Source: an uncultured delta proteobacterium (GTDB lineage: Bacteria > Desulfobacterota > Binatia > UBA9968). From it: 64,000 nt of DNA. The DNA is taken from NCBI GenBank assembly GCA_963727625.1, contig CAVSHR010000002.1, forward strand, positions 160,001 through 224,000, read 5' to 3'. Position numbers and translations under genes: made by a program. The notes under the pieces are model-generated. The model did not search any database. It was not told the origin of the DNA and worked only from the letters and a program-made list of their open reading frames with translations. Positions 62,299-64,000 of this stretch are shown in pieces. The first letter of the stretch is position 1, and every line of letters begins with the position of its first letter.

Positions 62299-63301
62299 CT
62301 ATGGATTTCCATAGTCGTTAAGCATCCCATCGGGTGTTCTGACGACGTGATTTGAGGGGCGCGCCCGAAAGATAGCGGCGCGTATTGTCGCGAAATAGCT
62401 CGGCCATCCGGCGCCACAATTCCCGCCCGCCTTGCCCGCCGACATGGGGCGTCATCAGCAGGTTGGGGAGATCCCAGAGCGGGCTCGCCGCCGGCAACGG
62501 TTCCTGGGCGAAGGCGTCGAGCCCGGCACCCATGATGCGCCCCTCGGCGAGAGCGCGCGCCAGCGCCGCTTCGTCGACCACCTTGCCGCGCGAGATATTC
62601 ACGAGGACCGCCGTCTCTTTCATGCTGGCGATCCGTTCAGCGCTCAGAAATCCCCGAGTGCTGTCGTCGAGCGGCATCGCCACCATGACCACATCCGCCG
62701 AGGGGAGAACTTCATCCACCTTTTCCCTGGGTACCACGCGGTCGATCTCGGGCGCGGCGGGGACGGGGGCGCGGGTGACGCAGATCACTTCCATGTCGAA
62801 TGCCTTGGCCTTGCGCGCGATGTCCTGGCCGATGCGGCCCATGCCGAGGATCACCATGCACAGTCCGTCGGGTGCGATCATGAAGTGGCCCATTGCCTCC
62901 CGCGCGTAATTCCGCTTGGCGCGCAGCGGCTCGAACCGGCGAAAGCCGCGCATCACGCCGAGCATCAGCGCGATGGCGTGCCCCGCCAGCACACTCTGAC
63001 TGACGCCGCCGGAGTTGGTGATCCAGACACCGTCGGGCAGCCCCACCCTCAATGCGACATCGATGCCGACGGTGGTGAACTGAATCCATTTGAGGGCTCG
63101 CCCCTGGTCGCGCACCAGCTTGGCGAACTCGGGGGTGAAAGCGGAATTATAGGCTACGAGCACTTCCGCGCCGTCGAGCGCTTCGGCCAGGAACTCCAAG
63201 CTATCGGCCTTGACCGCCTCGACCTCGGGAAATTCCCGCAGGAAAGCGTCATCCACTAAATCGTGGGTGGCGCGCACATACTGGACAATGCGAAGTGTCA
63301 T
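62299..63301 (-). CDS. D-2-hydroxyacid dehydrogenase
   Basis: GMGRIG, NISRG.VVDE, DAFAQEPL, TPHVGG; the true stop is probably 62299 after a 1-nt indel near 62351 (ORF track ends 62318). Confidence 0.9.
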
Positions 63302-63549
63302 AGCGGGCCCTCCCTGGTCTCGGTACGCGGGAACGCCCGGTCACGAATTAGATTTTTATACACACTTTTCTCGAATACAGATCGATGCGCGCCCATAAAT
63401 ATAGCCATACAACCGCTGTGGCAACGAACCTGCTGTCGCGTACCCAGGCTCGATTCGTTTTACCCACTTCAAATCGCTGGTCGAACCTCTTCTCGGCAGG
63501 AACAACACCCTCGCGGGACATGGTATTAATGCGAAACGACCGCTTACGC

Positions 63550-64000
63550 CGTGTTTCGATTGCCGCTGCACGGCGCGGGGAGTCGTGGAGACGTCGCGCC
63601 GGAGGTCAGAAAAAGTCTGCCCTTCACGGCCGCGGCTTGTGCGCGCCGAGCACCATGTCTGTGTCGGAGAGCCCATCAGCGCAGTCGTGGAAGGATTGCG
63701 CTCTAGCAGGATGGTGGTTTTCTTGCGCAGGACTTCGGGTCGGCTCTCGCCGTCTTCGAGTGTTAGGCGGATCTGCCGTCCGAGCACGCCGCCGTGCCGG
63801 TCGATCTCTGACACTGCCAGTCGAGCGCCTCGGGAGGAGGGAACGCCGATTTCCCACTGGAACCCGGTAAGCTCATAAAGCGCGCCCAGAACGATAGGTG
63901 CAGGTTTGATGGGCTGGCCAGCGTGAGCTAATCCCGGCAAGCTCAAGACGATACAGGCCAAGAGATATGGAAGAAACGCCCGCCGTGTCGCGGCCCGCCC
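63550..64000 (-). pseudogene. 5' fragment of a LivJ-type branched-chain amino acid binding protein
   Basis: PIVLGALYELTG...GARLAVSEIDRHGGVLGRQIRL..EDGES; frame breaks near 63670 and similarity is lost; starts at or beyond the window edge. Confidence 0.65.

Noticed and set aside
1-64000. tRNA, rRNA, integrase, transposase or prophage genes
   Set aside because: None recognised on either strand by eye or in the ORF track

Overview
GC-rich bacterial chromosomal window. Its gene content (many orphan solute-binding proteins, LLM oxidoreductases, amidohydrolase, CoA-transferase, multi-GAF kinase) resembles Candidatus Binatia/deltaproteobacterial soil genomes; that assignment is inference. It carries a tandem array of six ABC_sub_bind-type binding-protein paralogs plus four remnants (3.7-12.4 kb), an 8-GAF histidine kinase, catabolic genes (hydantoinase/acetone-carboxylase-like pair, LLM enzymes, dienelactone hydrolase, citryl-CoA lyase, M24, MetE-like), a TAXI-TRAP transporter, ilvD, five toxin-antitoxin loci or remnants, and a stand-alone A-PCP-TE NRPS-like gene. 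I recognised no tRNA, rRNA, CRISPR, integrase or transposase. Three kinds of unexplained structure stand out. (1) At least seven integron attC-like sites occur in three places, including a degenerate cassette array at 38.9-42.6 kb, with no intI in the window. (2) In three unrelated gene families, foreign cargo lies between an intact gene and a diverged second copy of that gene's 3' end. (3) Families of 7-, 8- and 9-bp periodic repeats, often inverted, occur at gene junctions. Many single-base frameshifts in otherwise intact genes point to long-read consensus errors, so pseudogene calls are tentative. All family assignments come from motif recognition by eye, not database searches.
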